Notes: generated by a model from the letters alone, not told the origin. Counted from the first letter of the stretch, positions 28,031-38,447 are shown. The stretch is DNA of 64,000 nt from Candidatus Berkelbacteria bacterium Licking1014_7 (GCA_007376535.1 VMGK01000005.1:2085-66084); one strand, 5' to 3'. Numbers and translations: made by a program.

Positions 28031-28155
28031 AATTTTTTTTGTTTATTTTTGTTTATTTATGATATTATACAAAGAAATTGAGAAAGATGTCAAGGGATCC
28101 AATTTTGTGATGATTTTTAGAGGACTTTGTGATATATTTGTGATATAATACAATT

Positions 28156-28461
28156 ATGCAGAAAGAAAAAAATAAATTTCCCAAATTCTTAAAACGATAT
28201 TTTTGGGACACGGATTTTTCATTGCTTGATAGGCAAAAAAACCAAAAATATATTATTGAGCGGATTTTGGATTGGGGCGATGAACAGGGTATTGAATGGT
28301 TGTTTCAGACCTATTCAAGCCAAGAAATTAAAGCGGTGGTATTAACATCGCGAGAATTATTTAAGAAAAGCATTAATTTTTGGGGAATCATTTTAGAGTT
28401 AGGAGAAAAATGGAGGAAAGAGGCATTAGCGAAAAGACAAAACAAAATTTGGAATTATTAG
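28156..28461 (+). CDS. Small hypothetical protein upstream of and overlapping the AbiEii-like gene (possible antitoxin partner)
   Basis: 101-aa ORF with a 52-nt overlap with the downstream gene. No recognisable domain. Confidence 0.35.
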   Translation: MQKEKNKFPKFLKRYFWDTDFSLLDRQKNQKYIIERILDWGDEQGIEWLFQTYSSQEIKAVVLTSRELFKKSINFWGIILELGEKWRKEALAKRQNKIWNY

Positions 28462-29051
28462 CCAAAACACATTTTATTGGACAATTTTATTTAGCCGGCG
28501 GAACGGCTTGCGGTTTGTATTTTGGGCACAGAATTTCTTATGATTTAGATTTTTTTTCCGAGCGAAAATTTAACGCGCAGAAAATCAGAGATGAGTTAGA
28601 AAAAATGGGCGAACTCAAAATAGACATTATTGACGAAAATACTTTTTTGGGTTTTTTGAATAAAGTAAAGATAAGTTTTTTTTATTATAAATATCCGCTG
28701 ATTGGCGAGACGCAGGTCTATAGAGGGGTGAGGATTGTTTCAAAAAAGGACTTGCAGGCAATGAAAATTGACGCTTTGCAGTCGCGCGGCACAAAAAGGG
28801 ACTTTATTGATTTGTATACGATTTTGCAAGCAGATAATTATTCTATAAAAAACGCATTAGATAATTTTAAGGAAAAATACCAAAAGGCAAATTATAATAT
28901 GGAGCATATTTTGATGAGTTTGGTATATTTTGAAGACGCGGATAGGGATAATCGTCTCAATATGTTGGTATCATACGACTGGGAAAAAATAAAAAATTAT
29001 TTTATTGAGGACGTTAAAGCATACGAAAAAAATAGATTAAAAATCGATTAA
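28410..29051 (+). CDS. AbiEii/AbiGii-family nucleotidyltransferase (DUF1814-like) toxin candidate
   Basis: LAGGTACGLYFGHRISYDLDFF resembles the GG(T/S)AL...R.S.DIDF motif of AbiEii toxins. AGGAG RBS 4 nt upstream. Confidence 0.5.
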   Translation: MEERGISEKTKQNLELLAKTHFIGQFYLAGGTACGLYFGHRISYDLDFFSERKFNAQKIRDELEKMGELKIDIIDENTFLGFLNKVKISFFYYKYPLIGETQVYRGVRIVSKKDLQAMKIDALQSRGTKRDFIDLYTILQADNYSIKNALDNFKEKYQKANYNMEHILMSLVYFEDADRDNRLNMLVSYDWEKIKNYFIEDVKAYEKNRLKID

Positions 29052-29092
29052 ACAGGCTCTAAGGAGGGAAATTGGCGCGGCATTATCCCTTA

Positions 29093-29290
29093 GAACCCAT
29101 TTCAAAAATCCATATATTGCACATCCATCGTCTGGCTGAATGGGCAGCTGCAACAGCAGATATTCTGGCTGCAAAGATTAGAATAATTCGTCAACAGAGC
29201 TTCTGGCTATGCTTCCTCATTATTCTAACTTTTCGCTCATAATCTCTACTGTTTCGCTCCTCAATCAACCAGACGATGGATGTGGGTTCT
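29093..29290 (+). mobile_element. Complete MITE copy (about 198 bp)
   Basis: Begins GAACCCATTTCAAA and ends GGATGTGGGTTC. Confidence 0.55.
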
Positions 29291-29424
29291 TTTATCTGCT
29301 ATTTTGGCTGCAAACAATTCAGAGCTCGTCAGTGTCCGCCAAGGCGGATGCCTTCTCGCTCTTCATTGTTTTCGCTCAAAATATCAAATAAAATTATCAA
29401 AAGAGAGTTTTATAATGGGTTCCT
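29291..29424 (+). mobile_element. Second, 5'-truncated MITE copy in tandem. Its 3' terminal repeat TTTTATAATGGGTTC contains the ATG of the downstream gene
   Basis: TTTTGGCTGCAAA ... TCCGCCAAGGCGGATGC ... TTTCGCTCAAA ... ATAATGGGTTC. Confidence 0.55.
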
Positions 29425-31862
29425 ACAATTCGTTTGAGAATTTTATTCATAAAATAAAAAGGCGAACTTATTTATCGTTATTTTTGTCGGTTTTGGTGGT
29501 GGTTGGTTTTGGCGCGGGATTGATTTTTTGGTCTAAAAATGTTTCACGCGGGGCGACTACTTTAAGTGGAACTATCAATGGCTTACGGACAATTAGCGGA
29601 GACGCGGTGATCAAGACCAACCAAACAGTCACTCACGATCAGGGAAATACTACCGGAGGAACAGGATTGGGAGTGAATGTGAGTGGCACTTTAACCTTGG
29701 AAGCCGGCGCCAAAATTGATGTGAGCGGGAAGGGATATAAGGGGGGATATATTTTTTTTAGCATGAATAATATAGGTGGTTATTATTATACAGCTTTATT
29801 TCCGGCTAAGGGAAGCAAGGATGGCAACGCTCCTCAACAGCAAAATCAAGCTGGTGCCGGCGGAGACTGGGAAAATGGCGGGGCAGGCGGCGGCACAGGA
29901 TATAGAACGGCAAATAGACTGGGCGTTGGCGGCGGCGGCGGCGGCGCGTTTGGCTATGGCTCAGGCGGAAAAACCAACCATTCTTCGGCAAGCCCTGGAT
30001 GTTATGGCGGCGGCGGCGCGGGCTGGAAAGGCAAGGGCGGGGCAGGCGTTTGTTCTGGATCGGCGGTTAACGGTGCAGTAAGCGCCAGCATAAATTTTTC
30101 TAATGACAGTTGGTATAATAACGAGATTCTTTTTGGCGCTGGCGGCGCCAGCGGATTTACCATTACGCAGGATAACTCGGAGGGTGATGGCGGCAACAGT
30201 GAATGCGTCAAAGGCGGCAATGGCGGAGGGGCGGTAAAAATAAAAGCCAAAAAATTAAAAATTGAATCCGGGGCAAGCATATCGGCGGCAGGAAAATCGG
30301 GCGGAAAAATGTGCGATCTGGCTTATAGAGTAAAGTGGTTAACTTTTGGACAATTTACTTTGGGAGCGGCTGGGGGAGGCGGAACAATTTATATTGAGGT
30401 TGACGAATTGGAATTGCCTAGCGGTAATGATTATAATTTTGATGTTTCAGGCGGCGATGGTTGGGGGGCGCTGAGCGGGTCGATGTGGGCATCTTCCGGA
30501 GCAGGAGGCGGAGGGATAGTTGTAATTAGAATCGCAGGGGGAGGAAAAATAAAAATCGGGAATAATTATGTAGATAACTTTGCGACGGTTTACGCCAGAG
30601 CAGATTCCAACAAAGGCATGCTTCGCAATATCATAAACGATGTTTATATTTTAACCCAGAAAATACCTGATAGTGCTTGGGGGGGAGACGGCAAAGAAAT
30701 TTTTGCCGGCAATCCGACCATTCCCGGTGGTTCCACCACCTGCGACACATCAAAAATTAAATTGACTGATCCGTCGTTTTCCAGCCAACCGGCGGCGAAT
30801 TCTCATTACCAGCGCGGTGATACTTTTTCCTATAAGGCGCAATATATTAGTCAAGACAGCGGTTCAAATTGTTCTGGCAAGTATCAATTATATTTCCAGA
30901 CCGCTTTATCAAATGATTTAGAATTTATTGGTGGCAGTAAATTGACTCCCGGAAATTTAGATCCAACAATAGGTGGCGGTTTATTTTCAACTCAACATTG
31001 GGAAGTAAATTCAGCCGGTTCTTACACTGGTGATATTAAGATAAAAATAAAAGATAATGCTTGCAATCAGGCAGGCGGCGGCGTTGAGAACAAAATTCAA
31101 ATTTATCAAAAATACGATAATGGTGTGCTGATGGCGCCATCATCAGGAAATCCAGTTTACTCTAATGCGAATATAATTGTTGATTGTCCGGGCGTGGCGA
31201 TTTCCGGCAATGTTGGCGCAAGCAGTATAACTACGCCCGATCTAAAAATTATCGGTAATTCAGTGGTGGCGATTACGGGTTCCTCGTCAGCCACGCTTGA
31301 TTCACAAGTAGTAAATTTATCTGGTTATACCCATTCAATCAATTTTTCCGACATAAATACAAATTTTGAAGCGCTAAAAACCCGGCGGGCAATTAAGCCG
31401 AATCCTTGGACAAATAATTTTAATTTGAATAAGTACAATAAACCCGAAGGTGGAGTGTGGAAAGAACATCCTACCCCTATGAATAGAACTTTTCTGCAAG
31501 GGTCGCGAGGCACGATATTTCATACTGGCGATTTGACAATAGATGGAATTTCTTGGCAAGGCGCGACGGCTGGTGTTTTGGGCATCGTGGTGAAAGATGG
31601 TAATGTGATGATCAAAGATTTAAATTTAAAAAATGTGGCGATTTACGCGTACGACACCGGTGGCGCGGAAGACGGAAAAATCACTTTTGGCACGGGCGCA
31701 ACGGACGAAACATTAGACATGACCGGTTCGTTTGTCGCTAAAAGCATTGAAATTAAAAGTAAGAAGGGTAATATTAAACATTCGGACGGATTAGATAAAA
31801 ATCCTCCGCCCGGATTTTCTAACTTGCAGTCGCAAATAAAAATTTTAGAAAAAGCGCGGTAG
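29415..31862 (+). CDS. Large glycine-rich secreted/surface protein (N-terminal signal anchor, predicted β-helix/adhesin-like)
   Basis: TM segment LSLFLSVLVVVGFGAGLIFW followed by long GGxGGxG tracts and NxxG repeats. Confidence 0.55.
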   Translation: MGSYNSFENFIHKIKRRTYLSLFLSVLVVVGFGAGLIFWSKNVSRGATTLSGTINGLRTISGDAVIKTNQTVTHDQGNTTGGTGLGVNVSGTLTLEAGAKIDVSGKGYKGGYIFFSMNNIGGYYYTALFPAKGSKDGNAPQQQNQAGAGGDWENGGAGGGTGYRTANRLGVGGGGGGAFGYGSGGKTNHSSASPGCYGGGGAGWKGKGGAGVCSGSAVNGAVSASINFSNDSWYNNEILFGAGGASGFTITQDNSEGDGGNSECVKGGNGGGAVKIKAKKLKIESGASISAAGKSGGKMCDLAYRVKWLTFGQFTLGAAGGGGTIYIEVDELELPSGNDYNFDVSGGDGWGALSGSMWASSGAGGGGIVVIRIAGGGKIKIGNNYVDNFATVYARADSNKGMLRNIINDVYILTQKIPDSAWGGDGKEIFAGNPTIPGGSTTCDTSKIKLTDPSFSSQPAANSHYQRGDTFSYKAQYISQDSGSNCSGKYQLYFQTALSNDLEFIGGSKLTPGNLDPTIGGGLFSTQHWEVNSAGSYTGDIKIKIKDNACNQAGGGVENKIQIYQKYDNGVLMAPSSGNPVYSNANIIVDCPGVAISGNVGASSITTPDLKIIGNSVVAITGSSSATLDSQVVNLSGYTHSINFSDINTNFEALKTRRAIKPNPWTNNFNLNKYNKPEGGVWKEHPTPMNRTFLQGSRGTIFHTGDLTIDGISWQGATAGVLGIVVKDGNVMIKDLNLKNVAIYAYDTGGAEDGKITFGTGATDETLDMTGSFVAKSIEIKSKKGNIKHSDGLDKNPPPGFSNLQSQIKILEKAR

Positions 31863-32121
31863 TCAAATATAAATCAAAAAGCAAATCCGCCAGCTGGCGG
31901 ATTAATCTCAAATCTCAAAATTCAAATCTCCCGTCCGCCATCGCTATCGCTCAGGCGATTAGCGGGCAGGCAAAATGACAATCCAAAATTCAAAACTCTA
32001 AATCCTAAATTCTAAATTCTAAGAAAATTATGTTCCCCATTTTCAACAACATCAATCACCAAAAATTTGACAAGCAAAACGGTTAGGTTGTATAATAGAG
32101 TTAATCAAAAGGAGAGGGAAA

Positions 32122-32685
32122 ATGGATCAAATAATCAGACCGCAAAATAGCGAGCGACCGGTAAGCTCGGCAGAAATTAAGAATACAATTCGCCTAAAAA
32201 ATCTGGCGACGGTTTTTGGTATTATTTCAATTTCCGTAATTATTTTATCGGCGCTTTCGTTCTTTATTGTCTGGCAAAAAAACAGCCAAATTTCATCAAT
32301 TCAAGATACCATCGATACCAAAAATCAGGGCTTGGACGTCTCGTATAAAACCATTATTTCTCAGCAGGAAACCCTCAAAAAACAAATTGCGGTTTTATCT
32401 GAGCAGGATACATCGTCAATTGATTACACCCAAGAATTGTGGGAAGAATTGTCTAAATCAGCAGTTAAAAATGTTCGATTGGTCGGTCTCACATTTGACA
32501 ATAAAACCATTTCTTTAGAAGGGCAAGCGGGAAGTTTTTCTGACATCGCGCGCCAGTTGGTGGCGTGGCGCCAGGCGACTAATTTTTCCAATGTGGAACT
32601 GGCATCTATCACTACTGCGGATAATGGACAAAAACAATTTGGCGCCCAGTTAAGCTTTAAGGTCACCCAAAAATCAAACGACTAA
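32122..32685 (+). CDS. pilN: PilN-like type IV pilus assembly protein (bitopic, coiled coil)
   Basis: Single TM after about 30 residues, coiled coil, position upstream of a PilO-like gene and pilB. Confidence 0.45.
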   Translation: MDQIIRPQNSERPVSSAEIKNTIRLKNLATVFGIISISVIILSALSFFIVWQKNSQISSIQDTIDTKNQGLDVSYKTIISQQETLKKQIAVLSEQDTSSIDYTQELWEELSKSAVKNVRLVGLTFDNKTISLEGQAGSFSDIARQLVAWRQATNFSNVELASITTADNGQKQFGAQLSFKVTQKSND

Positions 32686-32697
32686 TCCCCAAAATCA

Positions 32698-33351
32698 ATG
32701 ACCAGCGCGTACGAACAAAATCGTCAAAATTCGTCTTTAATTTTTCTTGAGGTGATTATTATAATCGCCGGATTGTATTTTGGCGTGTGGTGGCAGATGA
32801 ATAAAAACCGCGTCTTATCGCAAAATTTAAGCAGTAAACAGCAGGAATTCGCGATAGTAAAAGACAAAGAGGCGAAATTAGAAACATTAAAGCGGGAATT
32901 TTCCACGCGCAAATCAGAACTGCAAAATTTTAATATCGCGGCGCCTGAGATGTCAGAAATTCCCGAAGCGCTGATGATGATTGAGGCGATTGTGAGTCGC
33001 TCTGGCGCTGATTTGACGAATTTAACTCCCCAGAAACCCACTGGCGGCCAGGTTGAAATTGATTTGTGTCTGGCGTCAAATTATGAGCAGATGAAAACAT
33101 TTTTTACTATTTTGAAAAATAATTTAAGACCAGTGTCAGTTGATTCAATTAAGGTTTTAGCCAGTCAAGATGCCAGCGCCGCGCAAGCCAAATCGCTGTC
33201 TGTGTCAGTAAAATTAAAAATGCCTTATATGGTCAAAAATAACGACAAGACCTCTGATGGTTCAAGTAATAACCCGAGCGATAACTTAAGTAATAATCCC
33301 GGCGCCGGTCCAAGCGACGGGCAAACCATAAATAACACACAAAACGAATGA
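32698..33351 (+). CDS. pilO: PilO-like type IV pilus assembly protein
   Basis: N-terminal TM, coiled coil, position in the pilus operon. Confidence 0.45.
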   Translation: MTSAYEQNRQNSSLIFLEVIIIIAGLYFGVWWQMNKNRVLSQNLSSKQQEFAIVKDKEAKLETLKREFSTRKSELQNFNIAAPEMSEIPEALMMIEAIVSRSGADLTNLTPQKPTGGQVEIDLCLASNYEQMKTFFTILKNNLRPVSVDSIKVLASQDASAAQAKSLSVSVKLKMPYMVKNNDKTSDGSSNNPSDNLSNNPGAGPSDGQTINNTQNE

Positions 33352-33596
33352 TGATAAAATACAATAATTTTTTAATTGGGATGGGTATTTCTATAGTTCT
33401 GATAATTCTTTATATTTTTTTGTTAGTGTCGGGCAGGTCTGTAAGCGATAAAATCCAAGTTCAATCCGATATGTTAAATCCGCAGGAATTTCAAAATGGT
33501 CTCAACATCATCAGTAAAAAAGAAAAAAACGGGGATTTGCCAGTCAATACCAATGACGAATTACTGCAAAGAAGCGATCCGTTTGAAGGATTGTAG
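33348..33596 (+). CDS. Small membrane protein in the pilus operon (PilP-like?)
   Basis: N-terminal TM. Translationally coupled to the upstream gene. Confidence 0.3.
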   Translation: MMIKYNNFLIGMGISIVLIILYIFLLVSGRSVSDKIQVQSDMLNPQEFQNGLNIISKKEKNGDLPVNTNDELLQRSDPFEGL

Positions 33597-33736
33597 GATA
33601 GAAATTCAAATCTCAAATCTCAAATCTCAAAGCCACAGCGTAAAACTTAAAACCATTTTAAATTATCTAAGTTTTTACATTTGAGTTGTGGTTTTGAGTT
33701 TTACGTTTTAACATTTATGATTAAATTAATGTCATT

Positions 33737-33815
33737 TTGCCTGCCCCGTAAAATTTCTTAATTGCCTGCCCCGTAATCCCGCCAAGGCGGGATCTTCGGG
33801 GTAATTTAATTTCTT
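33737..33815 (+). repeat. Second copy of the 78-bp repeat
   Basis: See 8850-8927. Confidence 0.6.
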
Positions 33816-33861
33816 AATTTTTCATTCTTAATTCTTATTTATTATATTGGAGGGAAATTAG

Positions 33862-36093
33862 ATGGTTAATATTATTAAGTCACGCGACAAGAGAGATATT
33901 TTGGATGTCTTGCGCTCTAAAAATATTATTGATGAGTTAACCTACAATTTTATTAGCAAAAACTTTAGCACTAATGAAACGCGCATTCAGGCGCTGGAAA
34001 AAAAGAATATTGTTTCGCAGGAGGATTTATCCAAAGCCGCGGCGGAAATTTTTAATCTTCCGTTTGTCCATATTCAGGGAAAAAAGTTGGATTTTGAGGT
34101 ATTGAATTTAATTCCGTTTGAAATTTGTCAAAAATATAAAATTGTTTGTCTTGAAAAAAAGGGCAATGCCTATCAAATCGCTGTTGCCAGACCGTATCGT
34201 TTGGGCGGCAAAAAATCAGGACTATTGCACAACATTGAAAAAGAAAGATCAGTGGAGTTTCATTTGTCTGCCAGCACTGAGCCAGATGTTGATTGGGCTT
34301 TAAAGATTTATGAAAATTTTTTGTCTGAGCGGGCGGAAAAAAATACTCAGACCAACCTACCGTCCGCTCGGACTGATAAAGTGAAAATTTCTAATTTGCC
34401 TAGGGCTAAATTAGACGGACGATTTGATTTATTGGAAACAATCAGAAAAATTCCGCTGGAAATTATCAGACGTTATAAAATCGCGCTTTTTGAAATTTCA
34501 GATGAAAATATTTTTAAGATCGCCATGCTGGATTCGTTTGATCCGCGCGCCAGAGAAATTATCAATTTCATCAGTCAAAAAAACGGGGTGAAAGTTGAGC
34601 AGTATCAAATTGAGTCAAGGGATTTGGATTGGGTTTTGCAAAATTACAATTCTGCCGCGGCCGTTCAGCCAAGCGCGTCTAAAAACATTGAATCAGAAAA
34701 ATTAGCGCCGGATCAAGGCGCGCCCGACTCATCATCGTCAAAGGAAGTGATTGAAAAAAACGGTATGTTCACTATTCCTGAGGAAGCGATTGCCAAGCCC
34801 GGTTTATCCGGCGGCGAGGTGGACTTGGCTCAGGCAGACAAAACGGGCGCGATCAATCAAGATGAGATTGAAACGGATTTAGATACTTTTCTGGGGAAAC
34901 TGGTTACTAATGCCAAAGAATTGACGCAGATTATTGTGGAAGGTTTTGTGCCTAAAATGGTGGCGGGAATTTTGTCTTTGGGTATTAGTTTGCGCGCCTC
35001 TGATGTTCATCTGGAAGCCACCAGAAAGGGTTTGCGTCTAAGATATCGGGTTGATGGCGATTTGTTGGATTTTATTTATATGCCGATTGCTTTGCATCCG
35101 CCGATTATTTCCAGAATAAAAATTTTATCCGGTCTCAAAATTGATGAGCAGAGAATTCCCCAAGACGGCCGGTATAATGCCAAAGTCCAAAATCACGAAA
35201 TTGATGTTCGGGTTTCGTCATATCCGACAATTCATGGCGAAAAAATCGCCATGCGTCTTTTAGATAAGACCGCCAGCCAGTACAGTTTAGAGGATTTGGG
35301 GTTGACAGGCGCGCCGCTGGAAAAAATTAATCAAGAGATTATCAAGCCCTGGGGAGTGGTGATCATTACCGGTCCGACTGGTTCAGGTAAAAGCACGACT
35401 TTATACGCGATATTGAATGCAATTTCAAGTCCCAAAATCAATATCGTCACTTTGGAAGATCCGGTTGAGTATGATATTCCCGGGGTAAATCAAGCGCAAA
35501 TTAAGCCCAAAATCGGTTTTTCTTTTGCCGAAGGGCTAAGATCGATTTTGCGTCAGGATCCCAATGTGATAATGGTGGGCGAGGTGCGGGATTCTGAAAC
35601 AGCCAATCTGGTCACGCATGCGGCTTTAACCGGTCATTTGGTGCTTACCACTTTGCATACCAATGACGCGTCGTCCGCCCTGCCGCGATTAACCAATATG
35701 AAGGTTGAGCCGTATCTGATTACCAGCGCGATCAATGTAATTATTGCCCAGCGACTGATTAGAAAATTATGTCAGAAATGCAAACAGCCAATTAAAGTTC
35801 CCGCGCCGGTCCTAGAGTCAGAAGGGGTAAAAGACGTTAACGAGATGAAATTTTTTGGTCCGGGCAAAGGTTGCGGTGAATGCCGCAATGGTTATAAAGG
35901 CAGGATTGGAATTTTTGAAATTTTGGTGATGACTGACGCGATTGAGAAATTGGCGATAAATCACGCCCCGGTGTCGGAAATTTTGAAGCAGGCGATACAA
36001 GACGGAATGGTATCGTTAAAAGAAGACGGGATTGCCAAAGCCAAGCAGGGGATGGTGTCTTTGTCTGATATTTTGCAAGCAGTGAATGAGTGA
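33862..36093 (+). CDS. pilB: Type IV pilus assembly ATPase PilB (GspE family)
   Basis: GPTGSGKSTT Walker A, C-terminal tetracysteine CQKC...CGEC, N-terminal GSPII_E domains. Confidence 0.9.
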   Translation: MVNIIKSRDKRDILDVLRSKNIIDELTYNFISKNFSTNETRIQALEKKNIVSQEDLSKAAAEIFNLPFVHIQGKKLDFEVLNLIPFEICQKYKIVCLEKKGNAYQIAVARPYRLGGKKSGLLHNIEKERSVEFHLSASTEPDVDWALKIYENFLSERAEKNTQTNLPSARTDKVKISNLPRAKLDGRFDLLETIRKIPLEIIRRYKIALFEISDENIFKIAMLDSFDPRAREIINFISQKNGVKVEQYQIESRDLDWVLQNYNSAAAVQPSASKNIESEKLAPDQGAPDSSSSKEVIEKNGMFTIPEEAIAKPGLSGGEVDLAQADKTGAINQDEIETDLDTFLGKLVTNAKELTQIIVEGFVPKMVAGILSLGISLRASDVHLEATRKGLRLRYRVDGDLLDFIYMPIALHPPIISRIKILSGLKIDEQRIPQDGRYNAKVQNHEIDVRVSSYPTIHGEKIAMRLLDKTASQYSLEDLGLTGAPLEKINQEIIKPWGVVIITGPTGSGKSTTLYAILNAISSPKINIVTLEDPVEYDIPGVNQAQIKPKIGFSFAEGLRSILRQDPNVIMVGEVRDSETANLVTHAALTGHLVLTTLHTNDASSALPRLTNMKVEPYLITSAINVIIAQRLIRKLCQKCKQPIKVPAPVLESEGVKDVNEMKFFGPGKGCGECRNGYKGRIGIFEILVMTDAIEKLAINHAPVSEILKQAIQDGMVSLKEDGIAKAKQGMVSLSDILQAVNE

Positions 36094-36272
36094 TAGAAAT
36101 TGAAAATTGAAAATTGATGTGGAATGTTTGAAAATTGTGTTATTGAAAATTGATTGAAAATTGAAAATTGAAAATTGAAAATTTCTATATAGATAGTTTT
36201 AAGTTTTACGCTGTGGCTTGGATATTTTACATTTTACTTTTCAGATATAAAATATGTTATAATGAATTCATT

Positions 36273-37340
36273 ATGCAGATAATTAATGAAAAATTAGTTC
36301 AGTTTATTGATGAGGCGTTGAGATTTCAGGCATCGGATATTTTACTGATGACGGGCGTTTTCCCCAGTATTCGGATAAATGGCAATCTGCGCGCCATCTC
36401 AAACACCACTGCGCTTGCTCAAGGCGAGATGGACGATATTTTGAAAAGTATTTTATCTGATGAGACCTATCAGAAGTTTTTGAAAGACAAAGAAGCTGAT
36501 TTTTCATTTTCTCATCCGAAGGTGCGATTTCGGGGCAATGCCTATATGCAACGGGGAAAACCGGCGGTCTCTTTGCGTATTATTCCCCGGCAGATTCCTA
36601 ATTTTCAACAACTCGGCTTGCCGCCGATTGTTGAGAAAATCGCTTCGCACTCGCAGGGTTTTGTGTTAGTGACCGGTCCGACCGGGCATGGAAAGTCAAC
36701 CACTTTGGCTTCAATTATTGAGCATATTAACCAAAATCAAGCCAGTCATATTATCACGATTGAGGATCCAGTTGAATTTGAATTCGTTAATCAAAAAAGT
36801 ATTATTTCCCAGAGGCAAGTGGGGGTTGATACCGAAAGTTTTTCCCGGGCGTTAAAATCAGTGCTGCGCGAAGATCCCAATGTGATTTTAATCGGCGAGA
36901 TGCGCGATTTAGAATCAGTCAAATCAGCGCTTACCATAGCGGAAACCGGGCATTTGGTCTTGTCCACACTCCACACCAACAGCGCCAGTCAGTCAATTGA
37001 TAGAATAATTGATATTTTTCCGTCAGGCGAGCAACAGCAGGTTCGCCAGCAGTTAGCTTCTACCTTACTGGGTGTTTTTTCTCAACGTCTCTTGCCGCGC
37101 GCCAGTGGCAAAGGCAGGATTTTAGCCAGTGAGGTTTTAATCACAAATTCCGCGACAAGGAGTTTGATTCGGGAAGGCAAAGTTCATCAAATAGACAATG
37201 TCATATCCACTTCTGCGGCAGAGGGGATGATAAATTTGGACAAGGTTTTGGCAGAATTGGTTTCGCAAGGGGAAATTACTTTGGAGACCGCCCTGTCGTG
37301 GGCGGTTGACGCCAACACAGTCAAGCAATTAGTTTATTAG
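36273..37340 (+). CDS. pilT: Type IV pilus retraction ATPase PilT
   Basis: GPTGHGKSTT, Walker B IGEMRD, AHLV-type C-terminus. Start at MQIINEKL. Confidence 0.9.
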   Translation: MQIINEKLVQFIDEALRFQASDILLMTGVFPSIRINGNLRAISNTTALAQGEMDDILKSILSDETYQKFLKDKEADFSFSHPKVRFRGNAYMQRGKPAVSLRIIPRQIPNFQQLGLPPIVEKIASHSQGFVLVTGPTGHGKSTTLASIIEHINQNQASHIITIEDPVEFEFVNQKSIISQRQVGVDTESFSRALKSVLREDPNVILIGEMRDLESVKSALTIAETGHLVLSTLHTNSASQSIDRIIDIFPSGEQQQVRQQLASTLLGVFSQRLLPRASGKGRILASEVLITNSATRSLIREGKVHQIDNVISTSAAEGMINLDKVLAELVSQGEITLETALSWAVDANTVKQLVY

Positions 37341-37388
37341 TGTGTTACAAGAGGGCGCAGACAGAGGATCATTTTATGAAGAAAAATT

Positions 37389-38447
37389 ATGAAGAAAAAA
37401 GATTTTATTTTACTTAAAAAGGTTTCAACGGAAGAAAAAGCGTTTTTTTCCAAGCAATTAGCCGTAATGATCGGCGCTGGTTTGCAATTGGCAGGCGCGG
37501 TTAATATCTTAAAAAATCAGACCAGAAATCAATATTTTAAGCAGGTTTTAACCAAAATTTACGATGATTTGGAGCAAGGCAAGAAATTTTCCGAGGCGCT
37601 GGCAAATTATCCCAATGTTTTCAATCGCGTCTACATAAACATTGTATTTTCCGGTGAAAATTCTGGTAAATTAGACAAAGTGCTGGCAGAGTTAGGCGAT
37701 CAATTAACGCAAGAAAATGATTTTACTTCCCGTCTGCGCGGCGCAATGATATATCCGATGATTATTTTGATGGCGTTGATTGGGGTGGCGATTTTTACAT
37801 CAGTTAAACTCATTCCAAGTTTACAGCAAATGTTTTCTGAGGCAAAATCCGAATTGCCGTGGACAACGAAAATTGTATTTGGGTTTTCAAATTTTTTGAT
37901 TCATAGTTGGCTGTGGGTAATTTTGATAATTGTGGCGGGAGTGGTTTTGGTTATGTATTTTTTGCGCACCGCGCCCGGAGAAATGTTGCTTCACCAAATT
38001 CTGCTGAAAGAGCCGTTTGGTCTATTTAAAAAAATTTATCTCTTGCGTTTTACCCGTACGCTCGGATCTTTGCTTTCTTCCGGCGTGCCGATTATTGACG
38101 CGTTGAATATCACTTCCGAAGTGGTGGGCAATGATGTTTATCGCGAGGAATTGCAATTTTTTGCCAATGAACTTGAAAGAGGCGCTCCCTTGTCTGTGCC
38201 GGTCTCGCGCAGCAAATTGTTTCCGTATTTTATTTCGCAAATGATTATTGTGGGCGAGAAGACCGGGCAGACCGATAAAATTTTAGTTAATTTAGCCGAA
38301 AATTTTTACAAAGAAACCACTTATCAGATTGATAATTTTGCTAAGACCTTTGAACCGGTTATAATATTAATAATTGGAATGGGTGTGGCGCTGTTGGTTT
38401 TCGCGGTGATTATGCCGATTTACCAATTCGCCCAATTTGTGGGATAA
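37389..38447 (+). CDS. pilC: Type IV pilus platform protein PilC (GspF family)
   Basis: Duplicated T2SSF domains with three TM segments. Confidence 0.85.
   Translation: MKKKDFILLKKVSTEEKAFFSKQLAVMIGAGLQLAGAVNILKNQTRNQYFKQVLTKIYDDLEQGKKFSEALANYPNVFNRVYINIVFSGENSGKLDKVLAELGDQLTQENDFTSRLRGAMIYPMIILMALIGVAIFTSVKLIPSLQQMFSEAKSELPWTTKIVFGFSNFLIHSWLWVILIIVAGVVLVMYFLRTAPGEMLLHQILLKEPFGLFKKIYLLRFTRTLGSLLSSGVPIIDALNITSEVVGNDVYREELQFFANELERGAPLSVPVSRSKLFPYFISQMIIVGEKTGQTDKILVNLAENFYKETTYQIDNFAKTFEPVIILIIGMGVALLVFAVIMPIYQFAQFVG

Noticed and set aside
29776-30280. ORFs in alternative frames or antisense within the Gly-rich gene (Ala- or Pro-rich translations)
   Set aside because: Frame-shifted readings of GC-rich GGC repeats; artefacts of codon repetition.
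36100-36190. Tandem GAAAATT/GAAAATTG heptamer arrays (also 38460-38500 and 33600-33640) considered as CRISPR or satellite
   Set aside because: Units of 7-8 bp, no spacers and no cas genes. These are simple AT-rich microsatellites in promoter regions.
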